Source of the DNA: Abditibacteriaceae bacterium
Lineage (GTDB): Bacteria > Armatimonadota > Abditibacteriia > Abditibacteriales > Abditibacteriaceae
DNA length: 64,000 bases
Direction of reading: 5' to 3'
Assembly (NCBI GenBank): GCA_965277285.1
Contig: OZ255721.1
Coordinates: 1,312,001 to 1,376,000, forward strand
Position 1 is the first letter of the stretch, and each line of letters starts with the position of its first letter. The position numbers and the translations under genes are program-made. Positions 10,749-19,746 of this stretch are shown here, one piece after another. The notes beneath the pieces were generated by a model. It worked only from the letters and a program-made list of their open reading frames with translations, searched no databases and was not told the DNA's origin.

Positions 10749-10766
10749 TTCCTATACGCCCTCTCA
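10749..10766 (+). mobile_element. Orphan IS terminal repeat relic
   Basis: TTCCTATACGCCCTC followed by TCA: one mismatch to the IS TIR, and the same target trinucleotide. Confidence 0.6.
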
Positions 10767-10866
10767 AAAGGACAAACTCTTAGTGGGGTGGCGTTTCGTT
10801 TACGTTCTTGACGAATTCAGCGGCAGCGTATCGAGTACTGGAAATCACTTTATGCCTTTTTCTTCC

Positions 10867-12078
10867 ATGCCAATTCGGGTTTTATTGGTGGATAATTCGC
10901 CGATGGCGTTAGCGCTGCAACAAAAAATGTTGGCCAGCGCGCCGAACATCGAAGTGGTGGCGACCGCTGCGAACGGGCAAGAAGCCTTGCGCTTGCTGCC
11001 TGAAATGAAACCTCACGTCGTGTGCACCGACTTTCAAATGCCCGTTATGAGCGGTCTGGAACTGGTGCAAAATATTATGGTGACCGCGCCGTGTCCGGTT
11101 TTAATCGTCAGTTCGCTGGTGCAAACTTCCGAACACGATAAACTCTTGCCATTGCTCGCGGCAGGCGCCATTGATGTTTTCCTCAAGCCCACGCCGATGC
11201 AGGATTTCGAGTCCACAGCGCGCGCCTTCACCGAAAAAATTCGCGTTCTGGCTGGCGTTTTCGTTTTCGCGCGCCGCGTCGCAGCAGCGCCAAACGCAAC
11301 GCCAACCGTATCTCCCACCGCATCGGTCGACCCAGTTTCTACGCCGCAGCGAAATTCCGTTCCACCAACGAAAAGCCCACCTTTCGAGTACTCGAAAGCG
11401 ATTTCTACGCCGCCAACATCCACGCCGCCAACATCCACGTCGCTGGTCAACGATTGGGCGTCGAGCGCAAAAACGGCGGACGCCATCAAAATTGTCGGCA
11501 TCGGTTCATCAACCGGTGGGCCGCAGGTTTTGCAGCAGATTTTTTCGCAGTTGCCAGCGAACTTTCCGCATCCTATTTTATGCGTGCAACACATCAGCGC
11601 CGGTTTTCTGGCCGGCCTGGTCGATTGGCTTGATGCGTCCAGCCGCGTGCGCGTCAAGGTGATGAAAGAAGGCGAAATCGCGCGCGGCGGCACCGTTTAT
11701 TTTCCTGTCGAAGGCTGCCACATGACGATTGATGCCGACGGTCGCTTGCGTTCTTCCAGCGCCGCGCTGCAGGATGGACATCGACCTTCGGCGACGACAT
11801 TGTTCAATTCGCTGGCGCAAAGTTATGGCGAAACTGTTTTGGCCATTTTGTTGACAGGAATGGGAGAAGATGGCGCGCGTGGTTTATATCAGGTTTTTGA
11901 AGCCGGAGGACAAACAATCGCGCAAAACGAAACTTCGTGCGTGGTATTTGGAATGCCGCGCAAGGCCATCGAGTTGGGAGCCGCGCAGCAGATTCTGTCG
12001 CCAGACGAAATCGTGAAAGTGCTGCAGCGTCACAGCGAATCGCGGCGCTTAGCAACGATGCCGCATCGCTCGGCCTGA
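10867..12078 (+). CDS. cheB: Chemotaxis methylesterase CheB (REC plus methylesterase)
   Basis: IRVLLVDNS...TDFQMP receiver domain; catalytic motifs GSSTGGP, VQHI, LTGMGEDGA, SCVVFGMP. Alternative start at 10852. Confidence 0.93.
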   Translation: MPIRVLLVDNSPMALALQQKMLASAPNIEVVATAANGQEALRLLPEMKPHVVCTDFQMPVMSGLELVQNIMVTAPCPVLIVSSLVQTSEHDKLLPLLAAGAIDVFLKPTPMQDFESTARAFTEKIRVLAGVFVFARRVAAAPNATPTVSPTASVDPVSTPQRNSVPPTKSPPFEYSKAISTPPTSTPPTSTSLVNDWASSAKTADAIKIVGIGSSTGGPQVLQQIFSQLPANFPHPILCVQHISAGFLAGLVDWLDASSRVRVKVMKEGEIARGGTVYFPVEGCHMTIDADGRLRSSSAALQDGHRPSATTLFNSLAQSYGETVLAILLTGMGEDGARGLYQVFEAGGQTIAQNETSCVVFGMPRKAIELGAAQQILSPDEIVKVLQRHSESRRLATMPHRSA

Positions 12079-12173
12079 GTTGCAGACAATTGTTTGCATA
12101 ATTTTCATAAAAAGCGAAACTGGCCACCAAAGATGAAGTCTCGCACCGTCCGCGAGAAGGAACACGCCTACAA

Positions 12174-13598
12174 ATGCCGACGACTTTGCACATTTCTTCC
12201 TTGAACGAACTATCGGATGACAAATTGGCGGCGGTACTTCGAGTACTCGAAGTACCAGCACAACAGCAGGCGACGCGCTCCGCACTCGCGTCCGAAATCT
12301 TGGCGTATTACTGCGCGGCGCCCAATAATCTTGGTCGGGAAGACGCAGACCAAGAAAACAATTGTCCAATAGAAGAACGCCCGAACCTTCGCGACGAAGA
12401 ACAAACCAATGTCTGTGAGGACGGCGCGACCTCGCCGATAGTGGCGGCGCCCGAAATTCTGATTGTGGAAGATAGCCGTCTGCAAGCAAAAGTTCTGCAG
12501 AATATGTTGGGCGCGCGTGGCTATCGTGCACGCATCGCGTCCGATGGTGCGCAAGGTTTGGCGATGGCGCGCGAACGTCGTCCCGACCTAATTCTGAGCG
12601 ACATCGTAATGCCCATTATGGACGGCTATGCGATGTGCGCGCAGCTCAAAAGCGACGAAAGCTTGCGCGAGGTTCCAGTGGTTTTGCTGACCGCGCTTTC
12701 CGATATTGAAGATGTCGTGCTGGGTTTGGAAGCGCGCGCCGACTTTTACCTGACCAAGCCTTACGATCAGGAATTTTTGCTTTCCATGGTGCGCGATGCG
12801 CTGCGCGTTGCGCCCAGTTACTCTTTCGAGTACTCGAAAGACAAAGACGAGGCGCCACTCGTTTTTTATATCGGCGGCCAAAAACGCGTCATTCATTCCG
12901 ACCGCCGCCAGATTTTGAATTTGTTGCTTTCGACTTATGGCAATGCCATCGAGCAAAATCGCGCCTTGGTTCGCGCGCAAAACGAACTGCAGCGCTTGAA
13001 CGACGAATTGCACGAACGAACGCGTCAAATTGCCGAACAGCAAAGCGAACTCGAACAAATCAACGCGTATTTGCAAACCATCGCCACGCACGACGGCTTG
13101 ACGACTTTGAAAAACCATACCGCGTTTAAAAACCAGCTCAGCCTCGAAGTCGAGCACGCTTCGCATATCAGCCAGCCTTTGTCGCTGCTGCTGATGGATG
13201 TCGATTTCTTCAAGCAATTTAACGATACATTTGGCCATCCGGCGGGCGACGAAGTGTTGCGTCGCGTGGCGCACCTGATCAAACGCGAATGCCGCGAAGC
13301 CGATTTTACGGCGCGCTATGGCGGCGAAGAGTTCGCCATGCTGTTGCCGCAAACGCCGCACGAATTGGCGCTCGTGCTGGCCGAACGATTGCGCATGGCC
13401 ATCGAAAACGAAGTTTGGCCGCTGCGCAACATCACCGTCAGCGTCGGCGCGGCCACCTTCCGCGATACTTATTCGACTCCCGACACCGAATTCGCTCTCC
13501 TCGAAGCCGCCGACCAGGCGCTTTATTGTTCCAAGCGTGCAGGACGCAACTGCACCACGCATTCCGCCGACATCAACAACGAAACGTCTGAAGATTGA
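12174..13598 (+). CDS. Response regulator diguanylate cyclase (REC-coiled coil-GGDEF, WspR/PleD-like)
   Basis: ILIVEDS...SDIVMP receiver; DVDFFKQFNDTFGHPAGD; RxxD I-site READ; RYGGEEF active site. Confidence 0.92.
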   Translation: MPTTLHISSLNELSDDKLAAVLRVLEVPAQQQATRSALASEILAYYCAAPNNLGREDADQENNCPIEERPNLRDEEQTNVCEDGATSPIVAAPEILIVEDSRLQAKVLQNMLGARGYRARIASDGAQGLAMARERRPDLILSDIVMPIMDGYAMCAQLKSDESLREVPVVLLTALSDIEDVVLGLEARADFYLTKPYDQEFLLSMVRDALRVAPSYSFEYSKDKDEAPLVFYIGGQKRVIHSDRRQILNLLLSTYGNAIEQNRALVRAQNELQRLNDELHERTRQIAEQQSELEQINAYLQTIATHDGLTTLKNHTAFKNQLSLEVEHASHISQPLSLLLMDVDFFKQFNDTFGHPAGDEVLRRVAHLIKRECREADFTARYGGEEFAMLLPQTPHELALVLAERLRMAIENEVWPLRNITVSVGAATFRDTYSTPDTEFALLEAADQALYCSKRAGRNCTTHSADINNETSED

Positions 13599-13772
13599 AC
13601 CGCCAAGACGCTAAGGCAACAAAGCGCTTAAACGTTTCATATAAGTCAGAACCCCAAGCGTGAGCGCGCGGCTAACGTAGACGTAACTTCAGCCCCGCGC
13701 TTACGCTTGGGGTTCGTTTTGATGACGATTACCTGCTCTAAATTTCCGCGTTTTAGCGCCTTAGCGGTTCAA
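13595..13772. repeat. Nested inverted repeats: outer arms TTGAACCGCCAAGACGCTAA/TTAGCGCCTTAGCGGTTCAA enclosing a family-B palindrome (13649-13715)
   Basis: Both arm pairs read directly from the sequence, between convergent genes. Confidence 0.75.
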
Positions 13773-13785
13773 TTATTCAGAAGTT

Positions 13786-14565
13786 TTATCGCGCCAAAGT
13801 CAAGGCGTAAACGTTTTGCGCGCCGCCGTTTTTCAGAACACGCGCGCATTCGCCCATCGTCGCGCCAGTTGTATAAACGTCGTCAATCAACAAAATTGTC
13901 GCGCCTTTCAAAGAGATATTTTCCTTCAGTGCGAAAGCACCTTTGACATTTTCTGCGCGTCCACTGCGCGAAAGTTCGACTTGCGGCGTTGTCCAGCGCG
14001 TACGAACCAAAAGTTGAGCGAACGGAACATCCACCAATTGACTCAATTCGCGCGCCAATAGCTCACTTTGATTGTAGCCGCGACTGCGCTGACGCCGCGC
14101 ATGAAGCGGAACCGCGACGATGTGCGTCAATTCTTCAACAGGGACAAATCGAGTACTCGATTGGCGCAAATAATCGTGCATCAAGGCCGCTAAAGGTCGC
14201 GCCAGCGCAGTTTTATTTTCATATTTCAAGCGATGCACGGCATGGCGAATCGCACCTTCAAAAACATAGAGCGAACGGCTGGCACGAAACGGCGGCGAGG
14301 CGTGATAGCGATTGGCGCGACATTCCGTGCAAACGTCCGCCGACTGCGCACCGACATCGAAAGGCGTCCCGCAAATTGCACAAAATGGCGCAGAAATCGG
14401 CTGCAAGGTGCGCGCGCAAACTTCGCAAAAAAATGCGCGGCTCCACGTTTCGCAACCGTTTTGCACTCCGCTACAACGCGGCGGAAAAACCGCGTCCAAA
14501 ACCAAGTGTGACCAGGAAGATTTGAGTTCGGGAACGGTTTTCGTCGAGTGTGCGGAATCCGGCAT
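13786..14565 (-). CDS. comF: ComF family protein (zinc ribbon plus phosphoribosyltransferase fold)
   Basis: FPPRC, CEVC, CAICG, CTEC; VPLH..R...RGYNQS; LLIDDVYTTGAT. Confidence 0.9.
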   Translation of the reverse strand: MPDSAHSTKTVPELKSSWSHLVLDAVFPPRCSGVQNGCETWSRAFFCEVCARTLQPISAPFCAICGTPFDVGAQSADVCTECRANRYHASPPFRASRSLYVFEGAIRHAVHRLKYENKTALARPLAALMHDYLRQSSTRFVPVEELTHIVAVPLHARRQRSRGYNQSELLARELSQLVDVPFAQLLVRTRWTTPQVELSRSGRAENVKGAFALKENISLKGATILLIDDVYTTGATMGECARVLKNGGAQNVYALTLAR

Positions 14566-14589
14566 AGTTTTTGCTCTATGTTGTCGGGT

Positions 14590-14618
14590 TTGACAAGTCT
14601 CTTCAGTTCGTTTACAAT
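14590..14618 (+). promoter_or_regulatory. Sigma70-type promoter
   Basis: TTGACA (14590-14595), 17 bp spacer, TACAAT (14613-14618). Confidence 0.7.
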
Positions 14619-14631
14619 AGGTTGCACGTTG

Positions 14632-14668
14632 AGCCGACCGGCATTTCTTGAGTGAGGTCGGCTTTTTT
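14632..14668 (+). terminator. Promoter-proximal intrinsic terminator-like hairpin
   Basis: AGCCGACC...GGTCGGCT followed by a T-tract. Confidence 0.6.
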
Positions 14669-14865
14669 GCGGGAAAGGCATTTTATCTCAAAGCGTTCGG
14701 CAGCGAAAGTTTTGGTGTTCCCGCCGGACAAGCGACACAATGGTAGTTTTGTTGACTGCTTTGGTTGGATGCTTGACCGAGAAGCGATCTTATTTTTGTT
14801 GTCGCGATGAGTTGTCAGTTGACAGCTTCGTCACCGAGCGACCAGTAACGAGCATAGAGGAGCCT

Positions 14866-16857
14866 ATGACCTTGACTCGCCAGAGGCACGACGGAACGAG
14901 CCATTCCCCTTCCCTGTCCCACTTTTCGACCGATATTTCCTGCGATCTCGCACCTAACACCGCCGAGTTCGCCGACGCAACACATTCCGTTGCGCTTTCC
15001 CCGATTTCTTCATTGTCGCAACGTTCGCCATTGATGCAACGCGCCGCTCATGTCGTTGTGGGCGCGTCTTTGTGCGCTTTGGCGGCTTTGCCTGCGTCGG
15101 CACGCGTACGTCGCATGGTTGGCGTGCCAGGCTGGACGAGCGGCTCGGAAACGTATCTGCGCGCGCGTCCAGGCGAGAAAACGCCTGCGGTAGCCAAAGT
15201 CCCGCGTCATACCAAAGTTTACGTATGGGGAACTTTTGAGGGCTGGTATCGCGTTGAAACTTCCGACCACATTTTTGGCTGGGTTCATCACAGCGTTTTG
15301 AGCGCGCCGGACGCAGACCGCTTGTCCGAATTGTCGCACCGTAAAGCGATTCTCGCATCTGATCGCACCGGCAATCAGAAAATGTATGGTGGTTCGCCTG
15401 AGCAGCGTCGCATCGCTGTTAATCACCCGAAATCGAGTACTCGAAACGTCAGCGCCAAAACCCCAGAAACCAAACTCGCCGTTCCCGTCGCCGTGCAAGC
15501 GAACAACGTTGCGCCCGCGCAAACTTTGGCCGAAAAAGCCGCGGAAGTGCGCGCGTTGGAAGCACAAACCGCAGCAGCCAAAGCGGAATTAGTTCGCGCG
15601 CAGAATGAAGCGGCGCGCGCCGAACATTTGAAGGCCGAAAAGCAAAACTCGCAGCAGTTGAGCGCCGCGCAAATCGTGGCGCACGACAAAGCCATCAAGC
15701 TGGAGGAGCAGCGCATCGCCAAGGCGCAGGCCGACGCGAAGTTGCAGGAAGCCGCGCATCAGGCGCGCCTGGCGCAGCAGCAACTCGATCATCAATTGCG
15801 TTTGGTGCAGCAGGAAAAAGATCGCCAGAATCGTGTGGCGTCTTACAAAGCGCGTCTGGCGCAAGAGCAAATGAACGCTGCATCGCGTCGCCAGCAGCGC
15901 ATCGCAGCGTGGAAAGCGCGCGAAGCAGCGCACCAACAGCGTTTGGCGTGGCGCCAGCAGCGCATCCGCGACCGCCAGCAGCGCTTGGCGATGGAGCGTT
16001 CTCAACTGCGCAGCAGGCTGGGCACACAAGTCAGTGCGCCCACGAATGTGGCCAGCGTTCAACAGAATGCGCCCGCCGCTTTGCGTCCTTTGACGCCTTC
16101 CGAATTGATGAAGGCGCGCGAAGAATACCTCAACGGTCAGAAAAGATCGCAGCCAAGTGTCGCCACCAGCAGCAACGCAGCAGCGGCGAATTCCGACGCA
16201 GGCGCCGCCACAGCGCAAAACCAATCGGGAAGCAGCGCGATACAGGAGGATGGAGTTCAAGTTACGCCGTCAACATTTGCGCCGTCTGCATCGCCTTCCA
16301 CTTCCATGCTGTTGATGGCACCCACCAAAGCGCCGTTGGCCGTTAAAACAGTGCGTCTGGCGAAGATTGCGCCGCAACTTGGGCCACGCGCCCTGGCGTA
16401 TCGTGGCGGTTCACCGATGATGCGCTATATGAATCGTGGCGGTTCGCCGCGCGATTATGCGCGCTTGCCGGGCGAAGGCTCGTTGTTCGGTCAAACCCTT
16501 GTTAAACAAGCCTTGGCTTATCGTGGAATGCCCTACATCATGGGCGCAGCATCACCTTCGCGCGGTTTCGATTGCTCTGGCTTGATTTATTATATGCTGC
16601 GACAACGCGGTTATAATCCGCCGCGCACCGCTGCCGGATTGTCGCATTACGGCATTGCCGTTGCGCGCAAAGATTTACAACCTGGCGATATTTTGTTGTT
16701 TGCCAACACTTACAAGCGTGGCATCTCGCACGCCGGAATTTATATGGGCAACGGAATGTTCGTTCACGCTGCCAATCCCAGCCGTGGCGTCAGCACCAAT
16801 TCGCTGAGCGACCGCTATTACGCCAGCAAATACTGGGGCGCGCGACGCGTCAAATAA
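14866..16857 (+). CDS. SH3b-coiled coil-NlpC/P60 peptidoglycan endopeptidase
   Basis: SH3b (YLRARPG...GWYRV....GWV), a long A/Q/E/R coiled coil, and NlpC/P60 motifs PYIMG...GFDCSG, HAGIYMGNGMFVHA. GAGGAG RBS before ATG 14866. Confidence 0.9.
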   Translation: MTLTRQRHDGTSHSPSLSHFSTDISCDLAPNTAEFADATHSVALSPISSLSQRSPLMQRAAHVVVGASLCALAALPASARVRRMVGVPGWTSGSETYLRARPGEKTPAVAKVPRHTKVYVWGTFEGWYRVETSDHIFGWVHHSVLSAPDADRLSELSHRKAILASDRTGNQKMYGGSPEQRRIAVNHPKSSTRNVSAKTPETKLAVPVAVQANNVAPAQTLAEKAAEVRALEAQTAAAKAELVRAQNEAARAEHLKAEKQNSQQLSAAQIVAHDKAIKLEEQRIAKAQADAKLQEAAHQARLAQQQLDHQLRLVQQEKDRQNRVASYKARLAQEQMNAASRRQQRIAAWKAREAAHQQRLAWRQQRIRDRQQRLAMERSQLRSRLGTQVSAPTNVASVQQNAPAALRPLTPSELMKAREEYLNGQKRSQPSVATSSNAAAANSDAGAATAQNQSGSSAIQEDGVQVTPSTFAPSASPSTSMLLMAPTKAPLAVKTVRLAKIAPQLGPRALAYRGGSPMMRYMNRGGSPRDYARLPGEGSLFGQTLVKQALAYRGMPYIMGAASPSRGFDCSGLIYYMLRQRGYNPPRTAAGLSHYGIAVARKDLQPGDILLFANTYKRGISHAGIYMGNGMFVHAANPSRGVSTNSLSDRYYASKYWGARRVK

Positions 16858-16869
16858 CGTTGTCGAGTA

Positions 16870-16943
16870 AAACAAAAAAGTCCAACATGAAAGCGATTGA
16901 GTACACGCGTCCTCAATCGCTTTCATGTTGGACTTTTTTGTTT
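16870..16943. terminator. Long hairpin terminator (32-bp arms)
   Basis: AAACAAAAAAGTCCAACATGAAAGCGATTGAG / CTCAATCGCTTTCATGTTGGACTTTTTTGTTT, directly after the NlpC stop. Confidence 0.8.
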
Positions 16944-17086
16944 CAACCCAAGTCGCTACCAATGATTGCCTGCGAGTGAACTCGCAGGGCCTGATGGCAA
17001 CTTGAATTATTTATCGCGCCTGAGGAACGTTCTTCGAGTACTCGATGGCTGCGACAACGACCGCACACAAACGATAAACTGCGTTC

Positions 17087-17743
17087 GTGACCTTTCCTCC
17101 CGAACTTCCACCTCCATCAAATTCTGATTCGTCTTCATCGCCGCAATATCTACCGCCGCCAATCCCTTATCCAGGTGGCGACATGCGCTCGCCAACGGAG
17201 AGGCCCGCAGAACTTCCGTTGCGCACGCCAGCGCGCCGCTTGGCACTGCAAACCATGAAAGAAGCGCTGGCGCTCTGCGTTGCCAACGTGTTTTTAGGCG
17301 TAAGTTTGACTGCGCTGGGTTGGAAGTTTTTTTTGCCCAGCGATGCCAACAGCAGCGACCTGGAAAAGATGTCGTCGCGCCCTTTGGTCCTGTTTTTAAT
17401 GGTCGTCGTTTTAGCGCCGATTCTCGAAGAAACGATTTTTCGCGGCACCTCGTCGCTAATTGTGCGCGGCATCTGGAAACTGCGCCAGTGGAGCGTTGAA
17501 GCGCGCAACAATTGGTATTGGATCGTTGGTTCCATTTCGGCGTTTCTGTTTTCCATCGCGCACGGCGTCGGCGACAATCGAATGCACTTGCCGCTGCCGC
17601 AATTGATTATGGGATTTTTGTTGTGGCGCACAGCGATGCAGCGCGGCCTGCGCTACAGTATGTTGATGCACGCGACCTACAATACGCTGCCCGCCTTACT
17701 GATGCTGGCGCAATTGATATTCGAGCACAAAGTTCGCCATTAA
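17087..17743 (+). CDS. CPBP (Abi/CAAX) family intramembrane metalloprotease
   Basis: APILEETIFRG, FSIAH and HATYN motifs, with multiple TM segments. Confidence 0.88.
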   Translation: MTFPPELPPPSNSDSSSSPQYLPPPIPYPGGDMRSPTERPAELPLRTPARRLALQTMKEALALCVANVFLGVSLTALGWKFFLPSDANSSDLEKMSSRPLVLFLMVVVLAPILEETIFRGTSSLIVRGIWKLRQWSVEARNNWYWIVGSISAFLFSIAHGVGDNRMHLPLPQLIMGFLLWRTAMQRGLRYSMLMHATYNTLPALLMLAQLIFEHKVRH

Positions 17744-18212
17744 AAAAGCGAAATTCGCTGAGTTGAGAAGTATCGAGTACTCGATATAACAAAAGTGCAA
17801 AGCAAGAGTTCTTGCTTTGCACTTTCAGTGTTTTCGTTTTGGACTTTGGCTGTGAGCGAGGCGTGAAAGGAAGACAATGCCGTTGTTTCCTCGCGCCATG
17901 AGTTTTCACGCGCTGATCCAACGTCCATCGAACAATTTCTCGCAGAGATGTCGCACCGTGTTTTGGGCCTTTGAGCCGCACACTAACGGTCTGAAGCAGG
18001 TTATTTGAAACTTCTTCCATGTTGCCCTGCTGTAGCGCAAGGCTCACAATCGCTTGCGAGACGTGCCTTTCCTCACGCTTGAACCGCTTCTTAGCGCGTG
18101 GGTAATTATGACGATGAAGATGAGGGTATTCGGGAACAGCAATTCGTTCCCTATCGTAATCCTCTTGCTTCTTCCAATAAGGTGTTGTGCGGAGTTGCTT
18201 TTCAAATCGCAT
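17607..18212 (-). CDS. Hypothetical basic protein (3' end uncertain)
   Basis: MRFEKQLRTTPYWKK... fills the gap downstream of the SnoaL gene. However, the ORF runs through a terminator and overlaps the CPBP gene, so the C-terminus is doubtful. Confidence 0.3.
   Translation of the reverse strand: MRFEKQLRTTPYWKKQEDYDRERIAVPEYPHLHRHNYPRAKKRFKREERHVSQAIVSLALQQGNMEEVSNNLLQTVSVRLKGPKHGATSLREIVRWTLDQRVKTHGARKQRHCLPFTPRSQPKSKTKTLKVQSKNSCFALLLYRVLDTSQLSEFRFFNGELCARISIAPASVRRAAYCRSRASTYCSAGRAASLCATTKIP
17792..17825. terminator. Bidirectional terminator-like hairpin
   Basis: AAAGTGCAAAGCAAGA-GT-TCTTGCTTTGCACTTT. Confidence 0.7.
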
Positions 18213-18280
18213 GGTTTTCTCGCAACGTAATGCCTGATGGCGAAGCATAACACTTTCTACCACACCAAAACGCAACTTCC

Positions 18281-18688
18281 CTAAAGCTTAGCTTTCACCG
18301 TCAAGTCGCGCGTATCGTAGTAACCGCGAAAGAAAATAATTTTGCCGTCTTCGCTATATTCCAGCAGCGAAACGCCGTCGTATTTGACGGGTTGATTGTC
18401 ATTTGCGCTGCCTTCAGTTGTCCAGAAAAGTCCTGCCGCGTTTTCATCGACCGTGACGTGGTGAAAGGTGGAAAAGCAATCGCTCAACGACTTTTTGTAT
18501 TCGCTCCAAAAGCGCGTCGCACCTTCAAGGCCAGTTTCTTCCTTGCCAGTCAGTTGCAGCGCCGCGTTTGTCAGCCGGACATCCGCCGCGAAAAGTTCAA
18601 CCAACGGCGCGACGTGTTCCAGCGAACCTTTTTCCAATGCGTGCAAAGAGTCGATAAATTGCTGCGCCAACTGCGAAATGTCGTTCAT
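18281..18688 (-). CDS. SnoaL-like / NTF2-fold protein
   Basis: LVELFAADV, FWSEY, YDGVSLLEYSEDGKIIFFRGYYDT; GAGGAG RBS. Confidence 0.8.
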   Translation of the reverse strand: MNDISQLAQQFIDSLHALEKGSLEHVAPLVELFAADVRLTNAALQLTGKEETGLEGATRFWSEYKKSLSDCFSTFHHVTVDENAAGLFWTTEGSANDNQPVKYDGVSLLEYSEDGKIIFFRGYYDTRDLTVKAKL

Positions 18689-18806
18689 TTGTTCTCCTCA
18701 ATTCGAGTACTCGATTTGCCTCCACGATGTTGCAATCTGCGCACCCGCGCCGCGCAGGAAAGCCCTTGTTAAACTGTCAGCGCAAAACAATTGAGGAGTT
18801 TTTTCG

Positions 18807-19577
18807 ATGTCAACCGAAACGCAAACCCAGAATCCCACCAACGGTCACAACGCTGCGCAAGAATATCCCAAAGCCGACACCAAACCCAATCGCGTCGAGC
18901 GCCAGTTCATCTCGTTTTCGTTCTACAAACTCGATCCCGCCTGGCGATTTTTGCCCGAAGCCGAAAAGCAAAGCGCGCGCGAAGAATTTACTGCTGTCGT
19001 CCGCGAGTTTCAAGAAGGCGGAACAGTTGTCGTGCCCTACTCGTGCGTCGGCACGCGCGCCGATACCGATTTGCTGTTGTGGCGAATTGATTACAAACTG
19101 GAACGCTTGCAGCAGATGAGCACGCGCATGGCGCAAAGCGGCATTGGTAAATATCTCAATCCTTCGCACGCCTTTTTGTCGATGAGCAAGCGCAGCACGT
19201 ATGTCGATAAACTCAATCCCGAACACGACGAATCGCGCACCACAATTGCTCCCGGGCGCGGCAAATACATCTTCGTTTATCCGTTCGTCAAGTCGCGCGA
19301 ATGGTACCTTCTGCATCCCTCGACGCGTCAGGGCATCATGGACGAACACATTCAGGTTGGCGTCAAATATCCGACCGTGAAACTGAACACGACGTATTCT
19401 TTCGGCCTGGACGATCAAGATTTCGTGGTCGCTTTTGAAGGCGACTTTCCCGAAGATTTCCTGGATTTGGTGATGGAACTGCGCGGAACCGAAAGCAGCA
19501 AATACACCGTCCGCGACACACCGATTTTGACCGGTATCAAAGGCACTTTGGAAGAAGTCGTGGCGACATTGGGCTGA
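18807..19577 (+). CDS. chdC: Chlorite dismutase family heme protein, probable coproheme decarboxylase (ChdC/HemQ)
   Basis: DLLLWR, FVYPFVKSREWYLL, MDEHI, NTTYSFGLDDQDFVVAFE, LVMELR..E, DTP; GAGGAG RBS. Confidence 0.75.
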   Translation: MSTETQTQNPTNGHNAAQEYPKADTKPNRVERQFISFSFYKLDPAWRFLPEAEKQSAREEFTAVVREFQEGGTVVVPYSCVGTRADTDLLLWRIDYKLERLQQMSTRMAQSGIGKYLNPSHAFLSMSKRSTYVDKLNPEHDESRTTIAPGRGKYIFVYPFVKSREWYLLHPSTRQGIMDEHIQVGVKYPTVKLNTTYSFGLDDQDFVVAFEGDFPEDFLDLVMELRGTESSKYTVRDTPILTGIKGTLEEVVATLG

Positions 19578-19693
19578 ATTCAATGTCCAGATACTCGACT
19601 GGTCTGACATTCGGCGTGACAACAGAAAAACTGTTCAGCGGTTACTGTCGCCTGAACCCGTAACTTTAGTATCGAGTACTCGAATGGAATACA

Positions 19694-19728
19694 AAAGCGC
19701 CGCAAGAAAGTAATTCTTGCGGCGCTTT
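19694..19728. terminator. Bidirectional terminator-like hairpin
   Basis: AAAGCGCCGCAAGAA-AGTAA-TTCTTGCGGCGCTTT between convergent genes. Confidence 0.75.
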
Positions 19729-19746
19729 GTCGTTTCTATAAGTGGA

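Noticed and set aside
10681..10866. N-terminal extension of cheB in the ORF track
   Set aside because: It is derived from the IS end, a REP arm and an orphan TIR. The receiver domain starts at 10852/10867.
14620..14865. c-di-AMP (ydaO) or other known riboswitch upstream of NlpC/P60
   Set aside because: I could not find the conserved aptamer motifs by eye; only a promoter and terminator-like hairpin are supported.
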